From a virus: 55,401 nt of DNA. Each line of letters opens with the position of its first letter. Position 1 is the stretch's first letter. Positions 19,773-28,422 of the stretch are shown in pieces. The DNA lies in IMG/VR virus record IMGVR_UViG_3300049054_000009, positions 1 to 55,401 of that record. The stretch is one strand, 5' to 3'. The position numbers were made by a program, and so were the translations under genes. The notes beneath the pieces are model-generated. The model was given only the letters and a program-made list of their open reading frames with translations, did no database searches and was not told the origin of the DNA.

Positions 19773-19794
19773 GTTGTTTATTTTCCTTAAATTA

Positions 19795-20040
19795 TTATTT
19801 GTTTACTGCACCGGGTGTAACTTGAATCTTAATTAAGCCTAGCTTGCCTGCTTCACGCACCTGCACCAATTCTGGAAACAGTTTACCAGCCATGCCTATA
19901 TTTTCATCATGTAAAGTAAGGTTTGCATAACCAGACATAGTGTTATTATCTAAGTAAAACCTTATACTATTTGCCATCAGTGTAGCTACTACATCAGCTA
20001 CCTGCTTTTGATTTTGTTTGTAGTTCATTTCTGCTGCCAT
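19795..20040 (-). CDS. Hypothetical protein
   Basis: 81-aa ORF. Confidence 0.5.
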   Translation of the reverse strand: MAAEMNYKQNQKQVADVVATLMANSIRFYLDNNTMSGYANLTLHDENIGMAGKLFPELVQVREAGKLGLIKIQVTPGAVNK

Positions 20041-20287
20041 ATTTTTCTTTTATTGTAAATTTAAAGTTACCATCTAGCTGCTTTTCATAAGCTACCAGAT
20101 ATTTGGCAGGTGACTTTGCTGGTGTCACCTGCTTCTTGTGTTTGGTTATAATATACCATAGGTAAGCACCTATGCAGATTATAGCAATCACACACCATGC
20201 CACTAACATTAAAGCAATTAGTAGCCACTTAACTATAAAATTAATTGATAATTTTAAGTAATTCATTAATACACTTCTGTGTGTCAT
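19994..20287 (-). CDS. Small membrane protein (one TM)
   Basis: 97 aa with the hydrophobic stretch WLLIALMLVAWCVIAIICIGAYLWYII. Overlaps both neighbours by 47 nt, so the boundaries are uncertain. Confidence 0.4.
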   Translation of the reverse strand: MTHRSVLMNYLKLSINFIVKWLLIALMLVAWCVIAIICIGAYLWYIITKHKKQVTPAKSPAKYLVAYEKQLDGNFKFTIKEKYGSRNELQTKSKAGS

Positions 20288-20630
20288 CTGTCAATTTAGC
20301 ACCAGCATGCTTATGTAGAATAAACCTTAACGCTGCATCTAATAGTGGCACGTCAAGTGGTTCTAGGTGATATTCAGCCCACATACCAGATAGATTTTCT
20401 AAGTAGATGTAGGTGATATGGCTGGTATTCACTGGTGTGGCATACTTACCTACTAACTTGCCATCATTCTTAGTTACCACTTCAATTAAGCAGCCTTCTG
20501 GTGAATGTAATGGTGCAGTGAGTTCTACTACACCCATATCAGCATGCAGGGCTACTTTCATAGCTGACCTATACCAGTAGTAGCCCGGTTTATTTGGTTT
20601 ATCGTTTGTCCATTTGATTATTTGTAGCAT
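20241..20630 (-). CDS. Hypothetical protein, paralog of 20599..20946
   Basis: MLQIIKWTNDKPNKPGYYWY.. aligns with MIQILEWTHETPKAPGLYWY.. Confidence 0.55.
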   Translation of the reverse strand: MLQIIKWTNDKPNKPGYYWYRSAMKVALHADMGVVELTAPLHSPEGCLIEVVTKNDGKLVGKYATPVNTSHITYIYLENLSGMWAEYHLEPLDVPLLDAALRFILHKHAGAKLTDDTQKCINELLKIIN

Positions 20631-20946
20631 ATTGTTTTAGTTCTTCATAAGTACCAAATACTGGCATATCGAATTTAGCCCACTGACCTGTAAGGCTGGC
20701 AAGATGCACCAGCTTAAAAAATGATGACTTGATAGGTGTTACATATTTACCAGTCATATAGCCCGGTGTATCACCATGCTTACTTTCAAATACATCTATT
20801 AAGCAGCCTACTGATATATTTATTATCACATCAGCTACTACTTCACCACTGGTGCTTTTTTTGTGTTCAAGCTGTTTTAATTCCTTATACCAGTATAAGC
20901 CCGGTGCTTTTGGTGTTTCATGTGTCCATTCTAGTATCTGTATCAT
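20599..20946 (-). CDS. Hypothetical protein, paralog of 20241..20630
   Basis: Shared N-terminal motif and matching length; tandem duplication. Confidence 0.55.
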   Translation of the reverse strand: MIQILEWTHETPKAPGLYWYKELKQLEHKKSTSGEVVADVIINISVGCLIDVFESKHGDTPGYMTGKYVTPIKSSFFKLVHLASLTGQWAKFDMPVFGTYEELKQYATNNQMDKR

Positions 20947-20947
20947 A

Positions 20948-21283
20948 TTATTCTGGTTTTAGTATCTGCATAATAGCAGCTATCTGGCTAAGTGGTGTAG
21001 GTTCATCTACACCTAGCACATTTCTAAACTGATTACAAATATTATCAGCAGCTTCTATGCCAGCCTTAGCACCTTCTAGCATAGCACGGATATTATCTAA
21101 AGTAATACCACCTACAGATGATGCACCTGCTACTTCAATCTGGTCAAGTAATTCTTTAGCTTCTTGTGCTATACCTTGCTGTTCAATAATACCTAACACT
21201 AAGCCCTGTATAATTATTTCTACATCAGTATCACTGATAGTGGCAGCTAATTGTGGGTTACTTACATTAAGTAGCTGTATCAT
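20948..21283 (-). CDS. Hypothetical protein
   Basis: 111-aa ORF. Confidence 0.5.
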   Translation of the reverse strand: MIQLLNVSNPQLAATISDTDVEIIIQGLVLGIIEQQGIAQEAKELLDQIEVAGASSVGGITLDNIRAMLEGAKAGIEAADNICNQFRNVLGVDEPTPLSQIAAIMQILKPE

Positions 21284-21864
21284 AATTTCACCCTTCTACC
21301 ATCACACAGCACGGTTAGTTCTGCATAAGGCACTGCATCTTGCCTATGCACCCGGTTAGTTACTTTGCATTTACTGCAAGTCACTGCATTAGCATCAGCC
21401 CTGATAGGTGAAACACGCCACTGCATATCTAAAAGTATTTGCAGGTCTGGTGGCAGGTGGTCTGGTGACTTCACAAATTTACCACCAGCATCTTTTGTGC
21501 CAGTGGCTATTTTATCCATATTATTCTGATGCACTGCCAGAAACATAGCCTTAGCATTAATGCCATGTGCTACAAAGCTGCCTATGACCACATACAGCAA
21601 GTCAGTCAAGCCATCTGCCACAGCTTCAAGGTCTTTAGTCTGGTATGCTTCAATTAATTCATCTAGTTCTTCACGTATTAACCTTACCCTAAGCTGCTGC
21701 ACATCACTGCCAGCAAGTGTAGGCACGTCTGGTGTAATTTGGTCAGCAGCCTGCATAAATTGTTTCATCAGTATTTCTAATGAAAAATGATTATGGCATT
21801 TGATATTTTCTATAGCTATAGCATCTGGTGATGCCTTCTTTTCAAATTTCTTTATTGTCATCAT
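21280..21864 (-). CDS. mazG: MazG-like nucleoside triphosphate pyrophosphohydrolase with a C-terminal Cys-containing extension
   Basis: The motif RVRLIREELDELIEAY...AVADGLTDLLYVVIG is an all-alpha MazG/HisE-type EExxE/D pattern. Start moved to 21864, where AAGGAAAAACAAAACA precedes the ATG. Confidence 0.65.
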   Translation of the reverse strand: MMTIKKFEKKASPDAIAIENIKCHNHFSLEILMKQFMQAADQITPDVPTLAGSDVQQLRVRLIREELDELIEAYQTKDLEAVADGLTDLLYVVIGSFVAHGINAKAMFLAVHQNNMDKIATGTKDAGGKFVKSPDHLPPDLQILLDMQWRVSPIRADANAVTCSKCKVTNRVHRQDAVPYAELTVLCDGRRVKL

Positions 21865-22069
21865 TGTTTTGTTTTTCCTTTTTTGGTATGTAACCTGCTG
21901 CATAATCTTCATTACCGTAATTAGCATGACCTTCACAATAGTAGCCCATATAGCAATCATCACCCATTTCTACATAGCAAGTATCTATTTCACCATAGCA
22001 AGGCTGGTCTAGTTCATCTTCATACCAATTACATAACGTAAGATTATATTTATCTTTTTCTTCTATCAT
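21842..22069 (-). CDS. Small acidic Cys-rich protein
   Basis: 75-aa ORF with 6 Cys; ATGA-coupled to the upstream gene. Confidence 0.45.
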   Translation of the reverse strand: MIEEKDKYNLTLCNWYEDELDQPCYGEIDTCYVEMGDDCYMGYYCEGHANYGNEDYAAGYIPKKEKQNNDDNKEI

Positions 22070-22689
22070 TTTATAAATCTACCTTCACAAGTATCTTTAC
22101 CTGATGCCAGATTATTCATATTTAACATAGGGTGCTGTGAATGTGGCATGCCACATTGTAAGCATACCGGGTCAATACGCTTATCAGTTTTAGGTATCAT
22201 CTGATATACTCTACTTCTTAATAGATGAATAACCACACAAGGTAGTAAACATATATAAATATGTAATTCATCACCATCTATATCTAAATAGTCAATATCA
22301 TTAGTTTTCCAATATGCACCCACCCATAAATCATGCTTATCAAAGTAAGGTGCTTTAAAATACCATTGCTTCTTAACTAGAACACGTTCAAAGCTGTTAC
22401 CTATGGTTTTACCTATTTCAGCCATAGCTTGCCCTACTTTTTGTAAGCCAGCAGCAAAAGCACTGGTATCTACTTTAACAGTCATATTAAACTGCTTAAG
22501 TAGTGGGTTAGCTTCTTGTGCTTCTGCCACTTTAGTACGTAACTTTTCTAGTAATTCTGGCTGCACTTCATCAGATGGTGGTGTCTTGTCATCTGGTGCT
22601 GTATCTGCTGTAATCAGCTTATATGTTCTAACAGCATACCAGCTACCCAAAATCAAACCAGTTAAAATTATTAAGGTTAGTTCTATCAT
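22066..22689 (-). CDS. Membrane-anchored hypothetical protein (N-terminal TM, C-terminal CxxC...C)
   Basis: 207 aa with N-terminus MIELTLIILTGLILGSWYAV. Translationally coupled to the RHH ORF upstream. Confidence 0.55.
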   Translation of the reverse strand: MIELTLIILTGLILGSWYAVRTYKLITADTAPDDKTPPSDEVQPELLEKLRTKVAEAQEANPLLKQFNMTVKVDTSAFAAGLQKVGQAMAEIGKTIGNSFERVLVKKQWYFKAPYFDKHDLWVGAYWKTNDIDYLDIDGDELHIYICLLPCVVIHLLRSRVYQMIPKTDKRIDPVCLQCGMPHSQHPMLNMNNLASGKDTCEGRFIK

Positions 22690-22859
22690 TTACTTCTTTC
22701 CTGTTTATTTATTTCCGCATGAAAAATTTTTACCAGTAACTGGCTTACTGTTAGGTGCTGCTTCTTAGCCATTTGCTGTAGCTTAAATTTCATACCTGCT
22801 GGTATATAAGCACCTATTAATACACCATTACGTTTTTTGACCTTTTTTACATTTTCCAT
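22686..22859 (-). CDS. Ribbon-helix-helix (CopG/Arc-like) DNA-binding protein, 57 aa (below the ORF-track cutoff)
   Basis: My translation: MENVKKVKKRNGVLIGAYIPAGMKFKLQQMAKKQHLTVSQLLVKIFHAEINKQERSK, a beta-strand plus two helices. Its stop TGA overlaps the ATG of 22066..22689. Confidence 0.6.
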   Translation of the reverse strand: MENVKKVKKRNGVLIGAYIPAGMKFKLQQMAKKQHLTVSQLLVKIFHAEINKQERSK

Positions 22860-22862
22860 AAA

Positions 22863-23288
22863 TCACCCTTGCACGTGCAGATTAATAACTATGTGTGCTT
22901 TATGTTTTGGATTACCACACCTAGCTTCTATGACCACAGGCAGCTTACCTGTAGCACTTCTAATGGTCACTGGCTGCCACACCTGTGGCTGCCTTAGATA
23001 CATACGCTGTTCATCTTTTACCTTATCATTAGTAAAATCAAAATCTTGCCAGATAACATTACTGCCTAATTCAAATAGAACACCATCTAGCACCGGGTGC
23101 ATCATCTGATAAGATGATTGAATAATACGCTGCTGCACTTGCTTATCTGCACAGATAATAATTCTGGCAGACATTGGAATATTAGCACCCATGATAACCA
23201 CAGGTGCAAATGTTTCTAGGTCAAGCGTATCAGCTACCATAAAGCCATCTAGCATAGGCTTAACTGGTGCTAGTGTCAGTGTTTTCAT
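22863..23288 (-). CDS. Hypothetical protein
   Basis: 141-aa ORF with GGTAAGGAAAA before the ATG. Confidence 0.55.
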   Translation of the reverse strand: MKTLTLAPVKPMLDGFMVADTLDLETFAPVVIMGANIPMSARIIICADKQVQQRIIQSSYQMMHPVLDGVLFELGSNVIWQDFDFTNDKVKDEQRMYLRQPQVWQPVTIRSATGKLPVVIEARCGNPKHKAHIVINLHVQG

Positions 23289-23904
23289 TTTTCCTTACCT
23301 TCTTGCTGGCAGCTTTCACCTTGTCAGTAAAATCTTTCATGCCTTCTACCACTTCATCTTTCTTTTTAGTGCGTTTAGGTTTGCTTGCCAGCTTATCAAA
23401 ACGGGCTAACAGTTCTTCAAGGGCTAGGCTGCCTACATCACCAGCAGACAAGTCAGCCCATACAGTAGTGCTGACTAGGCTGGCTAGTTCTGCATTAGAC
23501 ATTTTTTGTAGTTCTTCATCTACTGGCATATCTTCTGCAAGCTGTGATACTGCACTATCTTCTAATTTCTTTAAGAAGGGCTGAATTTTGCCATACAGGT
23601 CTTTTGCTAAGTCTTTATAACCATCAGCTTCTGCTGACCGGGCATAAGAAAAAATGGCTGGTGCAGCATGTGGGTCATGTGTAATATCTAATACAAAATA
23701 ATCACACTGGTTATGCTTGCCACCTTTGTTAGTAGAACCATCTAGCCTACGTATAGCATACTTAGGATACAGCCCACGTTCTTTTTTAGGTTTTTCTTGT
23801 TCACGGGCAAGCATGCCTGCCTGCTGTATCTGTTCTTCTGTTAATTGTGTGGCAGTTTTGAATATCTGCCTTTTCTTTTTTTGGTGCTGGTGTCTTTTTC
23901 TCAT
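23260..23904 (-). CDS. Hypothetical protein (basic N-terminus; KYAIRRLDG...CDYFVLDITHDPHA motif)
   Basis: 214-aa ORF. Confidence 0.55.
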   Translation of the reverse strand: MRKRHQHQKKKRQIFKTATQLTEEQIQQAGMLAREQEKPKKERGLYPKYAIRRLDGSTNKGGKHNQCDYFVLDITHDPHAAPAIFSYARSAEADGYKDLAKDLYGKIQPFLKKLEDSAVSQLAEDMPVDEELQKMSNAELASLVSTTVWADLSAGDVGSLALEELLARFDKLASKPKRTKKKDEVVEGMKDFTDKVKAASKKVRKNENTDTSTS

Positions 23905-23908
23905 GTTT

Positions 23909-24160
23909 TTATAATCCTAATGGGTGGTTTTTATTCCAAATTTCTAGCCCTTCATTGATACCTTCATTCAGGCTTACCCGGTCTTGTATCAATTTTCTAA
24001 AATGTGTTTCTGTTACCCCATATTCAGCAGCTAGCCCTGCTTTAGTTAAGCCCTTAGTAGCCACTAAGTGCTTCAAGACTTCTTTAGTTAATGGGTGCTT
24101 CAATTTCTTTTTGCGGTCTTTTATAGGAAAAATGCCTATAGCATCTGTTCTTTTATTCAT
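23909..24160 (-). CDS. Small HTH DNA-binding protein
   Basis: Start moved to MNKRTD.. at 24160 (TAATG overlap with the exonuclease stop). The stretch LTKAGLAAEYGVTETHFRKLI looks HTH-like. Confidence 0.5.
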   Translation of the reverse strand: MNKRTDAIGIFPIKDRKKKLKHPLTKEVLKHLVATKGLTKAGLAAEYGVTETHFRKLIQDRVSLNEGINEGLEIWNKNHPLGL

Positions 24161-24795
24161 TAGAACATACCACGCTGCACTACACCTAACACTTGTGCTG
24201 GTGTCTGCACTGTAAGATAGCACCCACTGACCGGGCAAGTTAAAATGCCATCTATAATCTTGTATAGAATGTTAGCAGTTAAAACCACATCTTGCCTACA
24301 GTAATCATGTAGCTGTGCTATTTTAACCGGGTCACCAGACTGGTAAAGTGCAGGTGCATCAGCACCTGCTGTGCCTTCAAGTTTGCTGCCTAGCCCATTA
24401 GCCTTTGCTATCTGTTCTAGCTTGTAGCCTTTGGCATACATGCCAGCACCTGCTGCTGCCTTGACCTGTTCAAGAATGTCATAGCTTTTACTGGCTGGCA
24501 CATTATAACCCTGTGCTTTCAAAATCTTATTATCAAAGCCATGACTATTAAAGCCCACTATATAATCAGACTGTGCCAGTAAGCTATGCAGTGTTTCTGC
24601 ATCTTCTGCACTTTCTTCTGGTGTCAAAGTGTGCATCTGACCAGTTAAGGTATCTAAGGCACACAGCACAGCTATGCCCATATTTTCATGGTCATGCCAG
24701 CCCATGCAGTAGTTAAGACCGGGCTGCATGCTGCCATACCTATCTGGTATGGCTTTCTTAATTTCAATATCATAAACCATTATTTTTTGTGTCAT
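24160..24795 (-). CDS. DEDDy-type 3'-5' exonuclease (DnaQ/PolB-exo-like)
   Basis: Exo I VYDIE, Exo II GFNSHGFDNKIL, Exo III HDYCRQDV. Confidence 0.75.
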   Translation of the reverse strand: MTQKIMVYDIEIKKAIPDRYGSMQPGLNYCMGWHDHENMGIAVLCALDTLTGQMHTLTPEESAEDAETLHSLLAQSDYIVGFNSHGFDNKILKAQGYNVPASKSYDILEQVKAAAGAGMYAKGYKLEQIAKANGLGSKLEGTAGADAPALYQSGDPVKIAQLHDYCRQDVVLTANILYKIIDGILTCPVSGCYLTVQTPAQVLGVVQRGMF

Positions 24796-24799
24796 GTTT

Positions 24800-25972
24800 T
24801 TATTTTCCTTTTTGTTTTTCTAGTTCTATTTCACTTGCCAGATATGTGGCAGCTTGCTGTAAATCTTCTAACCGGGTGGCTGATGACTTCTTGCCAGCAC
24901 GTAACAGATACTTTAATACATTACCTTCAAAGAAATTTAAGCCATAGTGCCTAATAATCTTGAATGGTTCATACACATTATCTGGCTGGTAGTAATCAGG
25001 TCTTATCTGGTCAGCACGTTTTTCTTCTTTAGGTGCAGCAGCATCTTGCCTATGTGACCATTCATCTTTACACCCTTCTGTGCAAAAATAAACAGTGCCT
25101 AATAATTCATGTGGCTGTGCAGCCAGACTGGTTTGCACTGTAGGGTAATTAGAATGTAGTTCACGGTCTAAATTTCTGCCACAAGCAAAGCAGTGCCATT
25201 TACTAAAACCTTGCTTACTACGTTCTACAGCAGCAGCCTTTTCTTCTGGTGTAGTGCTAATGGTCATGCTGCCTACCTTATTTTTCTGGTATTCATCTTT
25301 ACATTGGCTACTACAAAATGGCACATCACCACCAGCTTCACCTAGAACTATATGCTGACCAGTAATGATTTTGCCACATGGAAAGTAGCCACACCTTAAA
25401 GCTGGCACGGGTGGCAAGCAAGTATGCCCCATAAAATCACCATTCTGCTTACCTTTATAGCTGCCTTTATAATCACACCACAAGCTAGGTGCTTTTTGAT
25501 GGCACGGGTAGCTTAAAAATTCTGCTTTATATTCATCTTTGCAGCCATCATCATCACAAAAGAAAAGTGTTTCTTTGCCATTAAACCAGCTAGGATAATT
25601 ATAAGCAGCATTAGTAAATCTTCTATCACACTGGTAGCAGTTAGTAACACCAGTGCCAGCTTTCTTTACTTCTTCTTCTACCCATGCAACAAAATGCCCG
25701 GTGCAGCAGCAGAAAACTTTAGCACTGGTCTTGTGCTGCTGCCAAACTACCCAAAAGCCTTTTTCTGGTATTTTGTTACAATAGGCACAGGGCTTACTTA
25801 AATCATATTTAGGCACATGGTAGGCTTGCCTGCCATCTACACCACCACAAGCTGGTGCTTTACCCTGCAAAATAAGTAAGCATTTTTCGTGATACCATAA
25901 TTCATTATTTACCACACCTTCTTTATTAGGTATATCTATTTCACCTTTACATTTCATGCAGGTCACTACCAT
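24800..25972 (-). CDS. Cys-rich protein: repeated FCxxxCKDE(Y/W) zinc-ribbon (TRASH/FCS-like) modules fused to a DUF3310-like C-terminus
   Basis: FFCDDDGCKDEY, PFCSSQCKDEY, YFCTEGCKDEW and more CxxC pairs. The C-terminus PDYYQ..EPFKIIRHYGLNFFEGNVLKYLLRAGKK..EDLQQAATYL follows the DUF3310 pattern. Confidence 0.55.
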   Translation of the reverse strand: MVVTCMKCKGEIDIPNKEGVVNNELWYHEKCLLILQGKAPACGGVDGRQAYHVPKYDLSKPCAYCNKIPEKGFWVVWQQHKTSAKVFCCCTGHFVAWVEEEVKKAGTGVTNCYQCDRRFTNAAYNYPSWFNGKETLFFCDDDGCKDEYKAEFLSYPCHQKAPSLWCDYKGSYKGKQNGDFMGHTCLPPVPALRCGYFPCGKIITGQHIVLGEAGGDVPFCSSQCKDEYQKNKVGSMTISTTPEEKAAAVERSKQGFSKWHCFACGRNLDRELHSNYPTVQTSLAAQPHELLGTVYFCTEGCKDEWSHRQDAAAPKEEKRADQIRPDYYQPDNVYEPFKIIRHYGLNFFEGNVLKYLLRAGKKSSATRLEDLQQAATYLASEIELEKQKGK

Positions 25973-26982
25973 AATTTACCACCTGCCTTTAAAATTTCTG
26001 CCTGCTTTTCAAGACCGGGTAGATTAGGTATAAAGTTTAATCTGTTTTCACCTTTGATGAATTTTCTAAGCTGATGCCACCCGGTGCTGAAATTACCTTG
26101 ATACTTACACCTTACTTGCAGTGTGTCAGTTAAGGAATTTTCAAGAAAGGCAAGCTGTGAAGATTCTATGGCTAAAGTATGTTCACACGGGCTGCCTTGA
26201 TGTTCAAAGGGTGAAGGGTGCATGCCAGTTAGCAGCTTATCATACACATTTAAATGGTGTGATACATCACGGTCACCATCATGGTTAAGATAGCTAACAC
26301 CAGCACACCTGCCTACAGAAAGCTGCTTTTGTATTTCTAGCACTTCATCTTCTGGTGCAGATTTTCTACCATCAGTATGCTGGCTAGCTGCCACTTCTAT
26401 ACATTCATCTATGCTTTTAGGGTCATCTGCATAAGGTAAGTGCCACTGACCGGGCTGCAAGGTCTTAGGGTCACCCATGTAATAAGCATACTGCATAGCA
26501 TCAGCCAGTGCCTTAAATTCTGGCTGTGCATCTTTGTGGCATCTTTGCCAAAACATATTATCAAAGTCTGTGGCAGTTAAAATAGCAGTGTGCCAGTTAA
26601 ATGGTTCTAATAGTCGGTTAGCTACCTGCTTATGTAGTTTAAGATTATTAACTAAATAATTGACACGGGTAATAATAGATGTGCTGGCATCTTTCCATAC
26701 TCTTTTAGCTTCATCTATTAAACCTTGTTCTAATTCATTACTAGCCTGCATGCCAGCTTGATTTAATCCAAAGTGAATAGGTAAAGCAGGGTTATCTAAT
26801 ATCTTTTGTATAATTACCTTAGAAGGTATAGCCCTGCTACTGGCACTATTCTTACTTATTACTTTATGGGTGTTTACTTCTGCTAGAATGTATCTATGAA
26901 AAGTAACTACAAAGGTGGTTAGCCTAACACCATTAGGTGCTACACTATCACATATTATTTGTGCTGATGGTTTATTTGTCAT
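25966..26982 (-). CDS. thyX: ThyX-like (flavin-dependent thymidylate synthase family) protein with a divergent signature
   Basis: ICDSVAPNGVRLTTFVVTFHRYILAEVNTHKVISKNSASSRAIP matches the ThyX motif region, but reads THK..S....SSR where the canonical form is RHR..S....S.R. Confidence 0.65.
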   Translation of the reverse strand: MTNKPSAQIICDSVAPNGVRLTTFVVTFHRYILAEVNTHKVISKNSASSRAIPSKVIIQKILDNPALPIHFGLNQAGMQASNELEQGLIDEAKRVWKDASTSIITRVNYLVNNLKLHKQVANRLLEPFNWHTAILTATDFDNMFWQRCHKDAQPEFKALADAMQYAYYMGDPKTLQPGQWHLPYADDPKSIDECIEVAASQHTDGRKSAPEDEVLEIQKQLSVGRCAGVSYLNHDGDRDVSHHLNVYDKLLTGMHPSPFEHQGSPCEHTLAIESSQLAFLENSLTDTLQVRCKYQGNFSTGWHQLRKFIKGENRLNFIPNLPGLEKQAEILKAGGKLW

Positions 26983-27862
26983 TTGTTTTGTTTCCTATAG
27001 ATAAAATACCATTACCAATTTCTGTTTTATTGCTGCCATCTTCATTACTAATAGATACATTAGTAACTTCTGACACAGCTTTAAAGCCATCTTTATTTAA
27101 CCTTTCTTGACGTTCTTTCATAGTTTTGCAGCCTTCTGCTGGCTGCCAGAAGGTTCTAGTGGCTTTCTTAAATCTTTCAATACAGGCAGCAGCCCGGTCT
27201 ATAATGTGAAGGTTATACCATTCTGGTGCATTAAAGTAGCCTTCTGGCTGGTCAGCCATAGCATCAGCTAGCTTACTTAAATCTTTCTGTAACCATTCAA
27301 GCCTTTTACTGGTAGATGTGGCTGGTATATAGTCTAAATGCACTTGATGTTCTTTGGTGGTATGGCTGCCTATTTCAAGGCAAATGTAGCAAATTTCTGC
27401 ACCTGCTTCTTTTCTGATATTTTCCAATATTTTAGGGTCAGCATCACATTCACGGTCAAGGGTGCTTAGATAGTTTGGATATAGATAAGTAATAGGCTTA
27501 TGCAGCAGCCTAGCATATTCAATTTCTGACCGGGTGCTATCACCAATATAGCCACCTACATTAATTACAAAAACTTCATCAGCTAAGTCAATCTTACGCT
27601 TATGCAGTTCATCTAAAAAACCTTTTTCTGCTGGTGTTATGCCTACTGTTTCACCATGTGCTTCACCTAGTGCATGATGATAAAAGCCTACAGACAAGAC
27701 TATTTTACCTTGCATGGTAAAATCAAAATTTGCCTGCACATATTGCTGGTAAAATTTAGTGCTACCACATAAACATACTATGGTAGGTATGCCCGTGTGC
27801 TGCTTTACTGCATCTAGTGCAGGTAGCAGTTTTCTTTTTTCATGTATTTGCTGGTCTGTCAT
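26972..27862 (-). CDS. Nucleoside 2-deoxyribosyltransferase-like (Rossmann-like) N-terminal domain protein with an unknown C-terminal domain
   Basis: TIVCLCGSTKF...IVLSVG...LHKRKIDLADEVFVINVGGYIGDSTRSEIEYA pattern; family assignment is from memory. Confidence 0.4.
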   Translation of the reverse strand: MTDQQIHEKRKLLPALDAVKQHTGIPTIVCLCGSTKFYQQYVQANFDFTMQGKIVLSVGFYHHALGEAHGETVGITPAEKGFLDELHKRKIDLADEVFVINVGGYIGDSTRSEIEYARLLHKPITYLYPNYLSTLDRECDADPKILENIRKEAGAEICYICLEIGSHTTKEHQVHLDYIPATSTSKRLEWLQKDLSKLADAMADQPEGYFNAPEWYNLHIIDRAAACIERFKKATRTFWQPAEGCKTMKERQERLNKDGFKAVSEVTNVSISNEDGSNKTEIGNGILSIGNKTNDK

Positions 27863-27935
27863 TTTGTTTTTTTTTCCTTAGTATTTAATGAAGCTGGCAA
27901 TAAAAAATAATATCACCAGCAGTAGTAACCATGTA

Positions 27936-28418
27936 TCAAAACTTTTTATCATCTTCATCTGTTTTTACCTGTAAATCTACTATATGGGCATCACCACCTA
28001 GCACTATCAAGTTACCATCTTTATCTTTGATGGTCACAGTGCCAGTGCCTTGAAAGTATTTAGCTGGTGTCTTGCCAGCTTCTGCCTTGCCTTCTACCTT
28101 AGCACGGGCTTTTTCTGCCATAGCAATATAGCCTAGTGCTTTCTGGTTAGCTGCTTCACACACGGCTGGCAGTGGTCTAATACTTCTGGCAGCCTTGTTA
28201 TAGTCAGTATCACCTACTTGCCTGCATATTTCTATGCAGAACTGGCAGAACAGCATAGCTGTGCCATCTGGCAGCACTACCTTACTTAAAATAATTTCAG
28301 TGCTGGCTGTTATCTGTGCCAGTTCAAAATGGCATAAATTACATCTAGGCATTTTGCCTAACTGCATATCACGTAACTGGTCAATATTGCCAGCATGTTC
28401 ATATTCTGTATTTGGCAT
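27936..28418 (-). CDS. Hypothetical Cys4 zinc-binding protein
   Basis: Start moved to MPNTEYEH at 28418, 4 nt after the upstream stop. Contains CNLC...CQFC. Confidence 0.5.
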   Translation of the reverse strand: MPNTEYEHAGNIDQLRDMQLGKMPRCNLCHFELAQITASTEIILSKVVLPDGTAMLFCQFCIEICRQVGDTDYNKAARSIRPLPAVCEAANQKALGYIAMAEKARAKVEGKAEAGKTPAKYFQGTGTVTIKDKDGNLIVLGGDAHIVDLQVKTDEDDKKF

Positions 28419-28422
28419 AATT

